From: an uncultured Gemmatimonadales bacterium
Lineage (GTDB): Bacteria > Gemmatimonadota > Gemmatimonadetes > Gemmatimonadales > GWC2-71-9
Assembly (NCBI GenBank): GCA_963828735.1
Contig: CAWHFW010000005.1
Span: 832,001-896,000, forward strand
Reading direction: 5' to 3'
Length of the DNA: 64,000 bases
In this document: positions 49,841 through 59,272 of the stretch, one piece after another
Numbering within the stretch: the first letter of the stretch is position 1
Layout of the letters: every line of letters begins with the position of its first letter
The notes under the pieces: model-generated
Told to the model about the DNA's origin: nothing
Databases searched by the model: none
What the model saw: the letters and a program-made list of their open reading frames with translations, nothing else
Translations under genes and position numbers: made by a program

Positions 49841-50989
49841 GTGAAAGTCCTGCACGTCATCGATCACATGGGACTCGGCGGCGAGCAACGGGTCGTACAG
49901 GACCTGTCGCTGATGCACGCGGCCGACATGACGCCCATCGCGTGGTCTCTTCGCGGCCACGAGCTGCCCGGGGTAGCCGATCGCATGGCCGCGGCCGACG
50001 TCCGCTACCGCTCGTTGGGCTTCTCGCCCGCCAAACCGTTCGCGCTCGCCGGCTTCCGACGGCACCTCCGGGAAACGAATCCCGAGATCCTGCACCTCCA
50101 TCTCGAGTACAGCACGCTGGTCGGCGTCCTTGCCGCGCTCTCGCTGCCCTCGCCCCGGCCCATTCTCGTTGCCTCGGTGGCCAACGACCCGTACCGCCAA
50201 ACCGCCTTCCACCGCTACGTCGGACGTGCCCTGGCGCCGTCGATTGACCTGCACATCGTGCACTCGCGCGGAATCCGCGACTCGGTGCTCCGTGCCTATG
50301 GGAAGCGCCCGCGGCGGGTGGAGGTGGTGAGCCTTGGCATCGACCTCAAGCGCTACCATCGGGGGCTCGCGGCGCCCGAGCGCGTCGCCGAGTATCGTCG
50401 GGGAGCCGGGCGCGTCGTGGGCGCGATTGGCCGGCTCGTGCCGCAGAAGGCGATGCACGTGCTGCTCGACGCGACGCCCGCGCTGCTGCAGGCGGACCCA
50501 GCGACGCGGGTACTGATCATCGGAGATGGGCCCCTCCGAGCAGCGCTCGAGTCCCAGGCGGCGGCGCTGGGGGTCGCGCGCGCCGTCCGGTTCGCCGGTT
50601 ACCAGGAGGACGTCGTCTCCGCCTACGCGGCGATGGACGTGTTCGTGCTGCCGTCACGGGACGAAGGCTTCGGACTCGTGTTCCTGGAGGCGATGGCCAT
50701 GGGTGTGCCGGTCGTCGGCACCAGGGTGATCGGGAGCGAGGACGCGGTGGATCATGGGGTGACCGGCCTGCTGGTCCCGTACGCGGATCCGGCCGCGCTC
50801 GCAGGCGCCGTGCGTAGCCTGCTCGACGACCCCTCGCTCGCCCGGCGCCTCCGCGAGACCGCGACCGAGCGCGTGCGCCGGCTCTACTCCCGCGAGCAAT
50901 GCGCCGCGCAGGTCGAGGGGCTCTATCGCGAGATGCTGGAGGCGCGGAGGCACGCCCCGGCCCGCGCCCCAGTCCGCGTCGGAGGGTGA
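49841..50989 (+). CDS. Glycosyltransferase family 4
   Basis: VLHVI..GGEQ, GRLVPQK, EGFGLVFLEAMAMG. Confidence 0.9.
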   Translation: MKVLHVIDHMGLGGEQRVVQDLSLMHAADMTPIAWSLRGHELPGVADRMAAADVRYRSLGFSPAKPFALAGFRRHLRETNPEILHLHLEYSTLVGVLAALSLPSPRPILVASVANDPYRQTAFHRYVGRALAPSIDLHIVHSRGIRDSVLRAYGKRPRRVEVVSLGIDLKRYHRGLAAPERVAEYRRGAGRVVGAIGRLVPQKAMHVLLDATPALLQADPATRVLIIGDGPLRAALESQAAALGVARAVRFAGYQEDVVSAYAAMDVFVLPSRDEGFGLVFLEAMAMGVPVVGTRVIGSEDAVDHGVTGLLVPYADPAALAGAVRSLLDDPSLARRLRETATERVRRLYSREQCAAQVEGLYREMLEARRHAPARAPVRVGG

Positions 50990-50992
50990 CGC

Positions 50993-52498
50993 GTGTACGA
51001 ACGGGTCTTCGTGTTCGAGGTGGCCGGCCCTACCCTGGAATTTCTCCTCGCCCGGCGCTCTGCCCTGCCCACGCTCGCCCGTTTCCTGGATCGAGGCGCC
51101 TGGGGCCGATTGACCGGGCCACTCCAGCCCGGAGCACCGCAGTCGTTCGCGACACTGCTGAGCGGCTGCAATCCGGGCGCGACAGGCTTATTCGACACGT
51201 TCGCCTTCGGGCCGGGCGCGTACGATCGGGTGCCCGTCGATGCGCGCTCGCTGCGCCGCCCGGGCCTCCACCAGCTCCTGTCCGCGCGGGGAATGCGCGT
51301 CGGTCTCCTCAATGTCTCGCCGACGTCGCCGCTCGAACCGGTGAATGGCTTCGTGGTGTCGGGAGACGAGGGCATCGGTGACGGGTTCGCGTTTCCCCCC
51401 GAGGTCCGCGACATGCTGGCGGCCGAGGGCTACCGGGTGCCCTTCGGCGCGTCGTACGCGCCCGGGCGCGAGCGGGAGTTCGCTGATCATGCGCTCGAGG
51501 TGCTGGCCATGCGACGCAGGGCCGCCGTCACCGTGTTCAGCGACGGCCGCTGGCAGTTTGGCATGCTCACCCTGCATCTCTATGGCGAGCTGTTGCACGC
51601 CCTCTGGTCGTTCTACGACCCATCCCACCCCCGCTACCGGCCCGCGGCGGCCGTTTTTGCCGGCCGTGACCCGCTCCTTGAAGCGTTGAAGGGCATCGAT
51701 GACCTGCTGGGCCAGATCGTCACCTTTGCCGGGTCCCGCGGCCTGGTCATCTTCATGGGCGCCTGGGGACATCGCATGGTGCATTCGAAGGTGCACCTCA
51801 ACGCCGTGCTGGAGCGGAGCGGTGATCTTCGCTTTCGCCGCGACCTCCGCACGCACGCCAAGCGCCTCATGGTCCGGCTCGGCGTCTCGTCGGCATCGGT
51901 CGAGCGCCTGGCGCATCGGCTCAACCTCTACAAGCTCTTCCATGGTAAGCTGGCCCGCGGCCAGCGGGCCAAGGTCACGGGGGCGGCGTTCTTGTCCTAT
52001 CGAGACATCGACTGGCGGCGGACGCGCGCCGTCGCCATGGGGTACGAGGGTCAGATCTACCTGAACGCTCGTGGCCAACGGCCCGAAGGCACCATCGCGG
52101 CCGGGCAGCTGGACGCCGAGCGCGAACGGGTTCGCCAGCTCCTGCTGGGGCTTCGCGATCCGCGCACCGGCGATACCCCAGTCAAGCGTGTGCTCACGCG
52201 GGCCGAGGCGTACCGCGGCGCCGAAGCCGGCAATGGGCCGGACCTGCTGGTGGAATGGCGGCCCGGATACACGGGAGAGTCGGGTTTCTCCGGCCGAAGG
52301 ACGGTCACCGCCAGTCCGCCGGCGCTGTCGAGCGACCATGGGAACGAGAGCGCGCTGCTCGTGCTCGGCGAGGGCGTCCGTCGAGGCGAGATGTCAGCAA
52401 CCCTCCAGGACGTGGCGCCGACGGTCCTCAGTGCGCTCGGCGTGCCGATTCCGCCGGACATGGAGGGCCAGGTCCTGCCGTTGTGGGAGCGCGCATGA
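50993..52498 (+). CDS. Alkaline-phosphatase-superfamily (phosphodiesterase-like) protein with degenerate catalytic motifs
   Basis: LPTLARF, SGCNPG..GLFD, IDWRRTRA, IY.N..G, PDL, QDVAPTVL..LG...P.DMEG. Confidence 0.78.
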   Translation: MYERVFVFEVAGPTLEFLLARRSALPTLARFLDRGAWGRLTGPLQPGAPQSFATLLSGCNPGATGLFDTFAFGPGAYDRVPVDARSLRRPGLHQLLSARGMRVGLLNVSPTSPLEPVNGFVVSGDEGIGDGFAFPPEVRDMLAAEGYRVPFGASYAPGREREFADHALEVLAMRRRAAVTVFSDGRWQFGMLTLHLYGELLHALWSFYDPSHPRYRPAAAVFAGRDPLLEALKGIDDLLGQIVTFAGSRGLVIFMGAWGHRMVHSKVHLNAVLERSGDLRFRRDLRTHAKRLMVRLGVSSASVERLAHRLNLYKLFHGKLARGQRAKVTGAAFLSYRDIDWRRTRAVAMGYEGQIYLNARGQRPEGTIAAGQLDAERERVRQLLLGLRDPRTGDTPVKRVLTRAEAYRGAEAGNGPDLLVEWRPGYTGESGFSGRRTVTASPPALSSDHGNESALLVLGEGVRRGEMSATLQDVAPTVLSALGVPIPPDMEGQVLPLWERA

Positions 52499-53538
52499 CG
52501 CCGGAGACCAGGAAGCGGCTGGCCGGGATCGGAACGTTCGCCGTGGCCTTCGGGCTGCTGCTGCTCATCTTCCGGGTCGTCCCCTTCGCCGACGTCATGC
52601 GGTCCATCCGATCGGCCGAGCCGGGCAAGCTGGCGATCGGCTTCGGGCTCCTCTTTCTCGCCCGATTGCTCGCCGCGTGGCGGATGAAGCTCCTTACCGA
52701 CGAGCAGAACCTCCAGCTCACGCTCCCCGAGATCTTCGAGATCGGCACCACCTCGACATTCTATGGGCTGATCCTTCCGGGAACGCTTTCGGGTGGCCTG
52801 ATCCGGTGGTACAAGCTCGCACGTCAGGGGAACGCGGTCGGCGCGCTCGCCTCGCTCACCTGGGATCGCCTGGCCGACACGGTGGCGGTGGCGATCATCG
52901 GTATTCTCGGGTGGCAGCTGAGCCGTCCGACCGGGGCACACACGGTGATCGGACCCGGGATGCTCGCGGTGTGCGCGCTGCTCGTGGCGCTGTATGTCGC
53001 GGGGTTCTCGCGGATGGTGGGCGACGTGGTACTTGGGCCGATCGACGCCACGGCCCGGCGGCTAGGCCAGGGGTGGCTCCGTGGCAAGCTCGAGGCGGTC
53101 GCCGTCGCCGCTCGAAGCTATCACGGTCTCGGCGTCGCGTTTCCCGTCCGGGTCGCACTGCTCTCGTTGGCGGTGCAGCTGACGGGTAGCGTCGGGTTCT
53201 TCGTCTGGGCGCAGGCCCTGGGCTCGCCCGTCGGGCTGGCCGAGGTCACCTGGGCCCGTGCTTGCTACACACTGGTGCTCCTGCTGCCGATCACCTTCGC
53301 GGGCCTCGGCGCGCGCGAAGGCGTGCTGATCCTCCTGCTCAAGCCCTATGGCGTCACCGGCGCCGACGCCGTGGCGCTGTCCTTCATCCAGCTCGGCGGA
53401 ACGCTCATCCTCGCGCTGCTGGGCGCCGCCTTCGAGCTGCGCAGCTTCTGGCGGCGGCGTGCCGACGAGAAGGCCGTCCCGGCGCCCGATGCGTCGCTCG
53501 TCTCCGCTGGCCGGAAAGGCACGGACACCGGAGTTTGA
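52495..53538 (+). CDS. Lysylphosphatidylglycerol-synthase TM-domain (YbhN/flippase-like) protein
   Basis: AWRM, LPGTLSGG..R, DRL.D, LPITFAGLGAREG; multiple TM segments. Confidence 0.82.
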   Translation: MTPETRKRLAGIGTFAVAFGLLLLIFRVVPFADVMRSIRSAEPGKLAIGFGLLFLARLLAAWRMKLLTDEQNLQLTLPEIFEIGTTSTFYGLILPGTLSGGLIRWYKLARQGNAVGALASLTWDRLADTVAVAIIGILGWQLSRPTGAHTVIGPGMLAVCALLVALYVAGFSRMVGDVVLGPIDATARRLGQGWLRGKLEAVAVAARSYHGLGVAFPVRVALLSLAVQLTGSVGFFVWAQALGSPVGLAEVTWARACYTLVLLLPITFAGLGAREGVLILLLKPYGVTGADAVALSFIQLGGTLILALLGAAFELRSFWRRRADEKAVPAPDASLVSAGRKGTDTGV

Positions 53539-53561
53539 GGGAGGCACGGCTGGAAACGACC

Positions 53562-53594
53562 GCGGCGCGCCGATGACGGCGCGCCGCTTGGTTT
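53562..53594. terminator. Terminator hairpin between convergent genes
   Basis: GCGGCGCGCCG-ATGA-CGGCGCGCCGC followed by TTGGTTT. Confidence 0.65.
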
Positions 53595-53613
53595 GTCGCG
53601 TTCCCGAGCCCGG

Positions 53614-55443
53614 TTATTCGACCGTCACCGACTTCGCCAGGTTCCGCGGCTGATCCACGTTGCACCCGCGCGCCACCGCCACGTAGTACGACAGCAGCTG
53701 GAGCGGGATGCTCGTGAGGATCGGGGTCAGCATGTCGAGCGTTTCCGGGATCGCGAAGGTGGCGTCCGCCAGGCGCTCGATCTCCGTGTCGCCTTCGTTG
53801 ATGAGCGCGATCACCTTCCCGCCGCGCGCCTTCACCTCTTCGATGTTGGACACGATCTTCGAGTGGACCGCGTCGCGCGGCGCGATGAAGACGACCGGCA
53901 TGTTCTCGTCAATGAGCGCGATGGGTCCGTGCTTCATCTCCGCGGCGGGGTAGCCCTCGGCGTGGATGTAGGAGATTTCCTTGAGCTTGAGCGCCCCCTC
54001 GAGCGCCACCGGGAAGTTCACGCCCCGACCGAGGTAGAGGGCGTTCGACGTGGTCTTGAGGAAGCGGTCGGCCAGCGACTCGATCTCGCTCGAGCGCCCG
54101 AGGATGTCGGCGATCTGCTCCGGCAGCCGGCGCAGCGCCTCGATGAACTGCCGCCCCTGGAGAATGCTGAGGTTCCTCAGCCTGGCGAGGCGCAGCGTTA
54201 CCAGCGCCAGCGCGGCCACCTGACTGGTGAACGCCTTGGTGCTCGCCACGCCCACCTCGGGGCCGGCGTGCAGGTAAATGCCGCCGTCCACTTCCCGCGC
54301 GATCGTCGAGCCCACCACATTCACCAGCCCCACCGTCCGTGCGCCGCGGCGCTTCGCCTCACGGATCGCCGCGAGCGTGTCGGCGGTCTCGCCGCTCTGC
54401 GAGATCCCGATGACCAGCGTCCGGCTGTCCACCACCGGGTTGCGGTAGCGGAACTCGGAGGCATACTCGACCTCGACCGGGATCCGGGCCATCTCCTCGA
54501 GCATGTACTCGCCGATCAGCCCCGAGTGCCATGAGGTGCCGCAGGCCGTGATGACGATCCGCTCGATCTGCTTGAGCTCGTCGTCGCCCAGGTTGAGCCC
54601 GTGGACGCGCGACGTGCCCTCGTCGTCGAGCAGGTGGCCGCGGAGCGTATTGCACAGGCTCTCCGGCTGCTCGCAGATCTCCTTGAGCATGAAGTGCGCG
54701 AAGCCATTCCGCTCGACCATCGCCAGATCCCAGTCGATCTGGTTCACCGGCTTGCTGATGCGCGTGGTCTGGAGGTTCCGCACGCGGTAGCCGTCCCTGG
54801 TGAGTACCACCAGCTCGCCGTCGTCCAGGTACACGACCGAGCGGGTGTGCTGGAGCAGTGGTGAGGCGTCGGACGCAACGAACCACTCGTTCTCGCCCAC
54901 GCCGACGAGCAGCGGCGAGCCCTTGCGCGCCGCCACGAGCACGCCGGGCTCGTCGGCGGAGATGAACGCCAGCCCGTATGCGCCGTCCACGTCGCGCAGC
55001 GCCTCGGCGACGGCCTCTTCCAGGTTGCCCTGGTAGAACTCGCCGACGAGATGCGCGAGCACCTCGGTGTCGGTTTCGCTCTTGAAGGTGTGGCCGCGTG
55101 CCTCGAGCGCCTTCCGGATCGCGTTCGAGTTCTCGATGATCCCGTTGTGGATCACCGCGATGCGGCCGCTCTGGTCGGTGTGGGGATGGGCGTTCGGCGT
55201 GGTGGGCGCGCCGTGCGTGGCCCAGCGCGTGTGCCCGATGCCGAGGGTGCCCATCGGCATCTGGGTCGTCAGCTCCTGCTCGAGCACGCTCAGCTTGCCG
55301 GCGGCCTTCATGACCTTCAAGCCGTTGCCGTTCACGACCGCGATGCCCGACGAATCGTAACCGCGATATTCGAGGCGGCGCAGCCCTTCCAGGAGCAGCC
55401 CTGCCGCCTGCCTGGGTCCGATGTAGCCCACGATGCCACACAT
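53614..55443 (-). CDS. glmS: Glutamine-fructose-6-phosphate aminotransferase
   Basis: MCGIVG, HTRWATHG, SQSGETADT, PRNLAKSVTVE. Confidence 0.98.
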   Translation of the reverse strand: MCGIVGYIGPRQAAGLLLEGLRRLEYRGYDSSGIAVVNGNGLKVMKAAGKLSVLEQELTTQMPMGTLGIGHTRWATHGAPTTPNAHPHTDQSGRIAVIHNGIIENSNAIRKALEARGHTFKSETDTEVLAHLVGEFYQGNLEEAVAEALRDVDGAYGLAFISADEPGVLVAARKGSPLLVGVGENEWFVASDASPLLQHTRSVVYLDDGELVVLTRDGYRVRNLQTTRISKPVNQIDWDLAMVERNGFAHFMLKEICEQPESLCNTLRGHLLDDEGTSRVHGLNLGDDELKQIERIVITACGTSWHSGLIGEYMLEEMARIPVEVEYASEFRYRNPVVDSRTLVIGISQSGETADTLAAIREAKRRGARTVGLVNVVGSTIAREVDGGIYLHAGPEVGVASTKAFTSQVAALALVTLRLARLRNLSILQGRQFIEALRRLPEQIADILGRSSEIESLADRFLKTTSNALYLGRGVNFPVALEGALKLKEISYIHAEGYPAAEMKHGPIALIDENMPVVFIAPRDAVHSKIVSNIEEVKARGGKVIALINEGDTEIERLADATFAIPETLDMLTPILTSIPLQLLSYYVAVARGCNVDQPRNLAKSVTVE

Positions 55444-55456
55444 CAGGCCATGTCCC

Positions 55457-56845
55457 TCAGTGCAAGAGTTCGCGAGCCGCCGCAATCAGCGCCTCGGCGT
55501 CCCGGGTCGTCGGCGCTTCGGCGATGAGCCTCACGATCGGCTCGGTGCCCGACGGGCGAACGTGGAGCCAGCGGTCTTGCCACGACAACCGGAGTCCGTC
55601 CCTGTCGTCGGCGTCGGCTTCTGCGAACCGTGAGCGCAGGCGGTCGTACAGTCGGCCCAGTTCCGGCCCGCGCGGTCCCTTGGCCTTGACGATGGTATAC
55701 CGGGGTGACGAGGCGACCAGCTCGGACACCGTTACCCTAAGAGTCGCAAGGAGATGCAAGATCAAGGCCACGCCCAGGGGCGCGTCGCGTCCGATGTGCA
55801 GTGCGGGCAGCATGACTCCTCCATTCCCTTCGCCGCCGATGACCGCGCGCTCGTCTCGAATGGTACGAGCCACGTTGGCTTCGCCCACCGGCGCGCGAAT
55901 CACGCGTGCCCCAGCGGCCCGGGCGGCATCCTCCACGACCAGACTGGTCGAGAGATTGACCACGACGGTCGGGATTTGTGCGTCACTGCTGCGTCGATCC
56001 AACACTGCCCGAACGGCGAACGCGAGCGTGTAGTCCTCGCCGATCGGATGCCCGCGCTCGTCCACCAGTGCGAGGCGATCGACGTCGGGATCTACCGCGA
56101 GCCCGACGTCGGCACCGCTTCGGCGCACCAGCTCGCCGAGGTCGCCCAGATTCTCCGGCACCGGCTCCGGCGCCCTGGGGAACCGGCCGTCGGGATCGAG
56201 ATTGATCCCGGTCATGCGGCAGCCGAGTCGCTCGAGCAGCGGCGGGATTGCCGACGCACCCGCTCCACGCACGCAGTCCAAGGCAACATGGAAGCCTCTG
56301 GCGCGGATCGCGGTGACGTCGATCATGGGCAGTGCGAGCACGGCGTCGAGGTGGCGTGCCACCGCGTCCCGATCCTCGCGGACGACCCCGAGACCTTCCC
56401 ACCCCAGTCGCGGCGGGCCCGCGTCGGCGAGCGCGCGGACATGGGCCCCCGCGTCTGCGTCGAGAAAGATCCCGTCGGGCCCGACGAACTTGAGCGCATT
56501 CCACTCGATCGGGTTGTGGCTCGCGGTCAGGATGAGGCCGGCGCCGGCCCCATGGTGCTCGACGGCCATCTGCACCGTCGGCGTCGGCACCACGCCGACG
56601 TCGATCACGTCCACGCCCACCGACATGAAGCCGGCGGCCGCCGCGTGCGCGAACATCGGTCCGCTGGTTCGCGCATCCCGCCCGAGCACCACTGCCGGAC
56701 GCGCGGCGCCGGCGGTGCCGCCCGCGGCCGAGGTGCGCACCCAGGCGCCGAGGGCCGCGGCGTAGCGTGCCACCAGCTCCGGCGTGAGATCGGTGCCGAC
56801 GTGGCCGCGGATCCCGGAGACGCTGATCATGAGCGTGTCGGACAT
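55457..56845 (-). CDS. glmM: Phosphoglucosamine mutase / phosphohexomutase
   Basis: SGIRG, TASHNP, DPDVDR, GEGNGG, RPSGTEP; adjacent to glmS. Confidence 0.88.
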   Translation of the reverse strand: MSDTLMISVSGIRGHVGTDLTPELVARYAAALGAWVRTSAAGGTAGAARPAVVLGRDARTSGPMFAHAAAAGFMSVGVDVIDVGVVPTPTVQMAVEHHGAGAGLILTASHNPIEWNALKFVGPDGIFLDADAGAHVRALADAGPPRLGWEGLGVVREDRDAVARHLDAVLALPMIDVTAIRARGFHVALDCVRGAGASAIPPLLERLGCRMTGINLDPDGRFPRAPEPVPENLGDLGELVRRSGADVGLAVDPDVDRLALVDERGHPIGEDYTLAFAVRAVLDRRSSDAQIPTVVVNLSTSLVVEDAARAAGARVIRAPVGEANVARTIRDERAVIGGEGNGGVMLPALHIGRDAPLGVALILHLLATLRVTVSELVASSPRYTIVKAKGPRGPELGRLYDRLRSRFAEADADDRDGLRLSWQDRWLHVRPSGTEPIVRLIAEAPTTRDAEALIAAARELLH

Positions 56846-56865
56846 CGGAGGGAGTTCCGGGTTCG

Positions 56866-57912
56866 TCAGGCGGAGATGAGGAGCGCGGCGGGGTCGGGGT
56901 ACGCGCGCATGAACGCTTCGACGATGTCGGCGTCGAAGTGCGTCCCGGCACACTGCTTGAGCTCGAGGACCGCGGCGGCGGGAGTCCGGGACGGACGGTA
57001 CGCGCGGTTCGTGGTCATGGCGTCGAACGCGTCCACCACCGCGACGATACGCGCCTCCTGCGGAATGGCGTCGCCAACCAGCCCGTCGGGAAAGCCGCCC
57101 CCATCCAGCCGCTCGTGATGCGACCGGACGATGCGAAGCACGCTCAGCGACTCGGCCAGGAACGGCGCCAGGATGCGCTCGCCGAGCGCCGTGTGTCCCT
57201 TGATGTGCTGAAACTCGGCGGGACTCAGCGGACCGGGCTTGTTGAGGATGTCCTCGCGGGTTCCGATCTTGCCGATGTCGTGCAGCTCGCCGCCAAGGCG
57301 GATTTGCTCGAGCCGGTCGCCGGTGTACCCGAGCTGCACCGCGGTTTTCACGGCGTAGCGCGACACGCGGGTGGAGTGTCCACTGGTATAGGCGTCCTTG
57401 GCTTCGAGCGCGTGCACGAGCATCTGCACGCCGTTGATGAGCGATTGCTTGTTGCGCCGGTCGAGCTCGCGCACCCGGCTCTCGAGGTGCTGCTGGTAGA
57501 ACCGGTTCTGGAGCACGAGATCGCGCTTCTCCAGCGCCTTGTCCACCCGCGCCCGCACCTCCTCGATCAGGACCGGCTTCGAGATGTAGTCGAGCGCGCC
57601 GAGCTTGAGGCATTCGACGGCCGTCGCGACTTCGGCGACCCCGGTGAGCATCACGACGGCCATGTCGGGATAGCGCTGCAGCGCTTCGCGCAGGAACGTG
57701 ACGCCGTCCATCTCGGGCATGTAGATGTCCGAGATGACGATGGGCACTTCGCCGTCGCGCTCGAGGATGGCGAGCGCCTCGGCGCCGGAGGAGGCTTCGA
57801 TGGCCGCCAGTCCGTGGGCCTCGATGACTCTCGCGAGCGAGTGCCGCACCTGAGCATCGTCGTCCACGACCAGGCACCGCGCTGCGACAGGTCCGGGAAA
57901 CGGGGATGGCAC
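56866..57912 (-). CDS. Response regulator with HD-GYP (c-di-GMP phosphodiesterase) domain
   Basis: VVDDD..ISDIYMP..KP; GHSTRV, HDIGK, HHERLDGGGFPDGL, DAFDAMT..RAYR. Confidence 0.92.
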   Translation of the reverse strand: MPSPFPGPVAARCLVVDDDAQVRHSLARVIEAHGLAAIEASSGAEALAILERDGEVPIVISDIYMPEMDGVTFLREALQRYPDMAVVMLTGVAEVATAVECLKLGALDYISKPVLIEEVRARVDKALEKRDLVLQNRFYQQHLESRVRELDRRNKQSLINGVQMLVHALEAKDAYTSGHSTRVSRYAVKTAVQLGYTGDRLEQIRLGGELHDIGKIGTREDILNKPGPLSPAEFQHIKGHTALGERILAPFLAESLSVLRIVRSHHERLDGGGFPDGLVGDAIPQEARIVAVVDAFDAMTTNRAYRPSRTPAAAVLELKQCAGTHFDADIVEAFMRAYPDPAALLISA

Positions 57913-58002
57913 GCCCCGAAGGTAACCGCGTCGAGGCCCCCTCTACAACCGCGCGCGCCTCGTCATTACGCTTCTGCCACCTTCACCTGCCCCGGCTCCG
58001 CG

Positions 58003-59178
58003 ATGACCCGCATTCTGCCGCACGATCACGATCACCGATTCGCCACCCGCTCGGTCCACGCCGGCCAAACGCCCGAGCCGCTGGCGGGCGCCGTCATGAC
58101 GCCGATCTACCAGACCTCGACCTACGTCCAGGAAGGACTGGGCCGACACAAGGGTTACGAGTACGCGCGCACGCAGAATCCCACTCGTGAAGCGCTCGAG
58201 CGCAACGTGGCGGCGCTCGAAGGCGCCACCCACGGATTCGCGTTCGGCTCGGGCCTCGCCGCGCTCGACGCCGTGCTCAAGCTGCTCCGAAGCGGCGATC
58301 ACGTCGTGTGCGGCGAGAACGTCTACGGCGGCACGCACCGGCTCATGGAGCGCGTGTACGCGCAGCTCGGCCTTTCGTTCACGTTCGTCGACATGCGCGA
58401 CGTGGCCAACGTGGAGCGGGCGATCACCCCCGCCACACGGGTGGTGTACTGCGAGACGCCCACCAACCCGATGATGAACCTGGTGGACCTCGCGGCCGTG
58501 GGCGATCTGACCCAGGCGCGGGGGCTGCTCAACGTCGTGGACAACACGTTCGCGACGCCGTTCTTTCAGCGCCCGCTCGAATTCGGCACCGACGTGGTGC
58601 TCCATTCGACCACCAAGTATCTCAACGGCCACAGCGACATGGTGGGCGGTCTCCTCGTCACGTCCCGGGACGACCTGGCCGAACGGATCGGCTTCATTCA
58701 AAACGCGGCCGGCGGTGTCCCGGGCCCGATGGACTGCTGGCTGGCCCTGCGCGGCATCAAGACCCTCCCGCTCCGCATGCGGCAGCACGACGCCAACGGG
58801 CGGCGCGTGGCGGACTGGCTCGCGCACCGGCGGGACGTGACCCGCTTGTACTATCCCGGGCTCCCGTCCCATCCGCAGCACGAGCTCGCCTGTCGGCAGA
58901 TGACGGGGTTCGGCGGCATGATCTCGCTCGACCTGGGTAATGTGGCCCGCGCGCGCCGATTCGTCGAAGCGACCAGGGTGTTCGCCCTCGCCGAGTCGCT
59001 CGGTGGCGTCGAGAGCCTGATCGGGCATCCCGCCAGCATGACGCACGCGTCGGTGCCGCCCGCGATGCGCCAGGAGATGGGTCTCACCGACAGCCTGGTG
59101 CGGTTGAGCTGTGGGGTCGAGGACGCGGACGACCTCATCGAGGACCTGGATCAGGCGTTCGCGGCAAGCGTTCGGTAG
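58003..59178 (+). CDS. Cystathionine gamma-synthase/lyase family PLP enzyme
   Basis: PIYQTSTY, YARTQNPTR, ETPTNP, DNTF, HSTTKYLNGHSD, AESLGGVES. Confidence 0.93.
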   Translation: MTRILPHDHDHRFATRSVHAGQTPEPLAGAVMTPIYQTSTYVQEGLGRHKGYEYARTQNPTREALERNVAALEGATHGFAFGSGLAALDAVLKLLRSGDHVVCGENVYGGTHRLMERVYAQLGLSFTFVDMRDVANVERAITPATRVVYCETPTNPMMNLVDLAAVGDLTQARGLLNVVDNTFATPFFQRPLEFGTDVVLHSTTKYLNGHSDMVGGLLVTSRDDLAERIGFIQNAAGGVPGPMDCWLALRGIKTLPLRMRQHDANGRRVADWLAHRRDVTRLYYPGLPSHPQHELACRQMTGFGGMISLDLGNVARARRFVEATRVFALAESLGGVESLIGHPASMTHASVPPAMRQEMGLTDSLVRLSCGVEDADDLIEDLDQAFAASVR

Positions 59179-59272
59179 CGCTCCTCGCCTCGGACACGGA
59201 TCCTGTTCGTCGCAGAATGAAACCCTAGAGGCCGGCAGTCGTAAGGCTGCGCATCCCCAACCCGAGTCGCCA

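Noticed and set aside
55444..55456. glmS ribozyme
   Set aside because: Only 13 nt separate glmM and glmS; there is no room for it.
59179..59272. Riboswitch upstream of the M48 peptidase (GCAGTC-GTAA-GGCTGC hairpin)
   Set aside because: A single short GNRA hairpin with no recognisable aptamer consensus.
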